Assembly (NCBI GenBank): GCA_950097015.1
Contig: CATNEN010000025.1
Location: 4,960,001 to 5,024,000, forward strand
Length of the DNA stretch: 64,000 nucleotides
Direction: 5' to 3'
Source: Macrostomum hystrix
Lineage: Eukaryota; Animalia; Platyhelminthes
Every line of letters begins with the position of its first letter. Position 1 is the first letter of the stretch. Of this stretch, positions 60,677 to 64,000 are shown piece by piece. The position numbers and the translations under genes are program-made. The notes beneath the pieces are model-generated. The model did no database searches, had not been told where the DNA came from, and was given only the letters and a program-made list of their open reading frames with translations.

Positions 60677-61392
60677 TGAATTCTAGGAAGAATTCTAGGA
60701 ATTCTAGGAAGAATTCTAGGAATTCTAGGAAGAATTCTAGGAATTCTAGGAAGAATTCTAGGAATTCTAGGAAGAATTCTAGGAATTCTAGGAAGAATTC
60801 TAGGAATTCTAGGAAGAATTCTAGGAATTCTAGGAAGAATTCTAGGAATTCTAGGAAGAATTCTAGGAATTAATTCTAGGAATCTAGGAAGAATTCTAGG
60901 AATTCTAGGAAGAATTCTAGGAATTCTAGGAAAAATTCTAGGAATTCTAGGGAGAATTCTAGGAATTCTAGGGAGAATTCTAGGAATTCTAGGGAGAATT
61001 CTAGGAATTCTAGGGAGAATTCTAGGAATTCTAGGAAGAATTCTAGGAATTCTAGGAAGAATTCTAGGAATTAATTCTAGGAATCTAGGAAGAATTCTAG
61101 GAATTCTAGGAAGAATTCTAGGAATTCTAGGAAGAATTCTAGGAATTCTAGGAAAAATTCTAGGAATTCTAGGGAGAATTCTAGGAATTCTAGGGAGAAT
61201 TCTAGGAATTCTAGGGAGAATTCTAGGAATTCTAGGAAGAATTCTAGGAATTCTAGGAAGAATTCTAGGAATTCTAGGGAGAATTCTAGGAATTCTAGGG
61301 AGAATTCTAGGAATTCTAGGAAGAATTCTAGGAATTCTAGGAAGAATTCTAGGAATTCTAGGAAGAATTCTAGGAATTCTAGGAAGAATTCT
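60677..61392. repeat. 21-bp near-palindromic minisatellite (AGGAATTCTAGGAAGAATTCT), about 34 copies
   Basis: Period seen directly; two GAATTC sites per unit. Confidence 0.95.
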
Positions 61393-62694
61393 CACTGCTG
61401 TGCATACCTACTCGGGCTGATCAGGCTTTGACAGCATGCCAATCAGGAACTCTGTCCATAGCACAACAAAACATTTTTGTTAGTTTGAGACCTGGGCATG
61501 TCACGCACGCGAGCATAGGCTTAGCGGTCCAAGTAAAATAGAAGAATGCAAAACGATCGCAGCACAATCGGGCCCAGACGCACAGGCAGACAGGCGAGGG
61601 ACACGCACAGCGGAGAGAGTGAGAGCTGCTTAGGAGACAATTTTCCTTTCGCATTTAATCGGCACCAGCCAGTGCGGTCTCTGCACTGTTCAGCTCATCC
61701 ATTGTTGCAGGCGTTCCCGATAGACACTCTCAGAGTCCTGAAAAAATGTGTTTTGCGTGTCATGCCTCACAGCCAGCCCCCCCCTTAATCATTTTCTGTC
61801 TCAGTCTATAAATGCCTCCTCTGTCTCTCTGCCACGCCCTTCAGCTACAGTTGCAGCCGGCACTGCAGCCGCCGCCGCCGCAGCCGCCAATGTCGGCACC
61901 TTCCGCTGTGTCACCCAACTGCCTATACCTGCTCAAAACTTTATTTTCCTTGTCCTATCCTCTCACCTACCCCAATCCTGTGGGGGGGAGTGGGTGCTGG
62001 CCGGGTTGTCATGTGCTCCCCAAACTCCTGGCCTCCCAAAACGACCCGGCCGCCCTGTCAAAGCCCTCCTCTCCTGAAAGTGGCGGCGCCGGCAAGTCGC
62101 GTTGAGCTTCGCGCCGCCATCCACCGCCACCCGTCCAGGCAGCACGAGAGAGAGAGAGAAACACACACACAGCTTGTCAGACTGTTGTATGCACGCGTGT
62201 TGTTGTTGGGTGGCCTGTCAACAATGCCGCCCCCACCCCCCAAAAAATTGGCACTCTGAGGCGCGTTGCGAACTTAAACAAATTCTGAGCAACGCCTCTG
62301 CGAGACCTCCTCCCCCCCAAACCCCTTGAGCTCCTACCGGATCTACTAGAATAATAATCCGCAGATAAAGAACTGATCTGATGCACCACTGACAGCTCCG
62401 TTGGGTTTGCCTAAATGAGGAAATAATAGCACTAGTGTAGCTCTCATATCCGGCGCTCACTCTGTAGTGCACACACACAGACACACCGAGAAATGGTAGA
62501 CTTACTCACGATCAGTTCTTCGTAAGCTAATTTTCAATTGCGTCTTTCCGCTATCCAGCTCTGTTGCCACACTTTCGCGCGCGTTTTGATTTTGGGCGCT
62601 GTGAGTCAATGGGTCGAGGTTTTCTCAGCCTTAAAGCAAATACCTATTTTCAATAAAATCTGTCCGATATAAGAAGAAGAAACAGAAGTGCAGA

Positions 62695-64000
62695 GATTCT
62701 CAAGATTCATCAGATTCCTAAGATTCGTCAGATTCCAAGGATTCGTCAGATTCCAAAGATTCGTCAGATTCCAAGGATTCGTCAGTTTCTAAGGATTCGT
62801 CAGATTACAAGGATTCGTCAGATTCCAAGGATTCGTCAGATTCCAAGGATTCATCAGATTCCAAGGTATCGTCAGATTCCTAAGATTCGTCAGATTCCAA
62901 GGATTTGTCAGATTACAAGGATTCGTCAGATTCAAAGAATGCGTCAGATTCCAAAGTATCGTCAGATTCCTAAGATTCGTCAGATTCCAAGGATTCATCA
63001 GATTCCAAGGATTCGTCGTTTCTAAGGATTCGTCAGATTCCAAAGATTCGTCAGATTCCAAGGATTCGTCAGTTTCTAAGGATTCGTCAGATTCCAAGGA
63101 TTCGTCAGTTTCTAAGGATTCGTCAGATTCCAAAGATTCGTCAGATTCCAAGGATTCGTCAGATTCCTAAAATTTGTCAGATTCAAAGAATTCGTCAGAT
63201 TCCAAGGATTCGTCAGATTCCAAGGTATCGTCAGATTCCTAAGATTCGTCAGATTCCAAGGATTCGTCATATTCCTAAGATTCGTCAGATTCCAAGGATT
63301 CGTCAGATTCCAAGGATTCGTCAGATTACAAGGATTCGTCAGATTCAAAGAATTCGTCAGATTCCAAGGTATCGTCAGATTCCTAAGATTCGTCAGATTC
63401 CAAGGATTCGTCAGATTCCAAGGATTCGTCAGATTCCAAGGATTCGTCAGATTCCAAGGATTCGTCAGATTCAAAGAATGCGTCAGATTCCAAAGTATCG
63501 TCAGATTCCTAAGATTCGTCAGATTCCAAGGATTCGTCAGATTCCAAGGATTCGTCAGATTCCAAGGATTCGTCAGATTCCAAGGATTCATCAGATTCAA
63601 AGAATTCGTCAGATTCCAAGGATTCGTCAGATTTCAAGGATTCGTCAGATTCCAAGGATTCGTCAGATTCCAAGGATTCGTCAGATTCCAAGGATTCGTC
63701 AGATTCCAAGGATTCATCAGATTCAAAGAATTCGTCAGATTCCAAGGATTCGTCAGATTCCAAGGATTTGTCAGATTACAAGGATTCGTCAGATTCAAAG
63801 AATTCGTCAGATTCCAAGGTATCGTCAGATTCCAAGGATTCGTCAGATTTCAAGGATTCGTCAGATTCCAAGGATTCGTCAGATTCCAAGGATTCGTCAG
63901 ATTCCAAGGATTCGTCAGATTTCAAGGATTCGTCAGATTCAAAGAATTCGTCAGATTCCAAGGTATCGTCAGATTCCTAAGATTCGTCAGATTCCAAGGA
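62695..64000. repeat. 18-bp minisatellite (GATTCCAAGGATTCGTCA), running off the window end
   Basis: Period seen directly; CCTAAG variants introduce stops in the DSKDSS and ESDESL frames. Confidence 0.95.

Noticed and set aside
62789-63980. DSKDSS / ESDESL ORFs as a phosphophoryn-like acidic protein
   Set aside because: The recurrent GATTCCTAAG variant places stops in both frames, and there is no start or signal peptide context.

Overview
Eukaryotic (invertebrate metazoan) genomic DNA with GT-AG introns, GC-rich exons and AT-rich spacers. By my edge estimates close to 30% of the window is tandem minisatellite. The style recalls the flatworm Macrostomum, but that is unverified. Most long ORFs in the supplied track are repeat artefacts. 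Genes supported by hand-splicing: the 3' exons of an ORP9/10/11-type oxysterol-binding protein; a head-to-head pair of intronless PPEF/rdgC phosphatases; a PLAC8-domain protein; a two-LIM CSRP/MLP; a GM2-activator-like ML protein; hyccin/FAM126; PPP2R3C; an NDUFA11-like protein; and an ephrin split into small exons across satellite-filled introns. Mobile DNA: a complete 1204-bp Merlin/IS1595-type transposon (38-bp TIRs, 8-bp TSD, one in-frame TGA), a hAT MITE (8-bp TSD) carrying a 16-bp satellite found at four other loci, a TA-flanked MITE, and two tRNA-derived SINE families. Best candidate for a new system: the PPEF pair. One copy is a canonical myristoylated IQ/EF-hand phosphatase. Its divergent neighbour has lost two metal ligands, the IQ motif and the acylation signal while keeping an intact 612-aa ORF, so it is a predicted Ca2+-sensing PPP pseudophosphatase.
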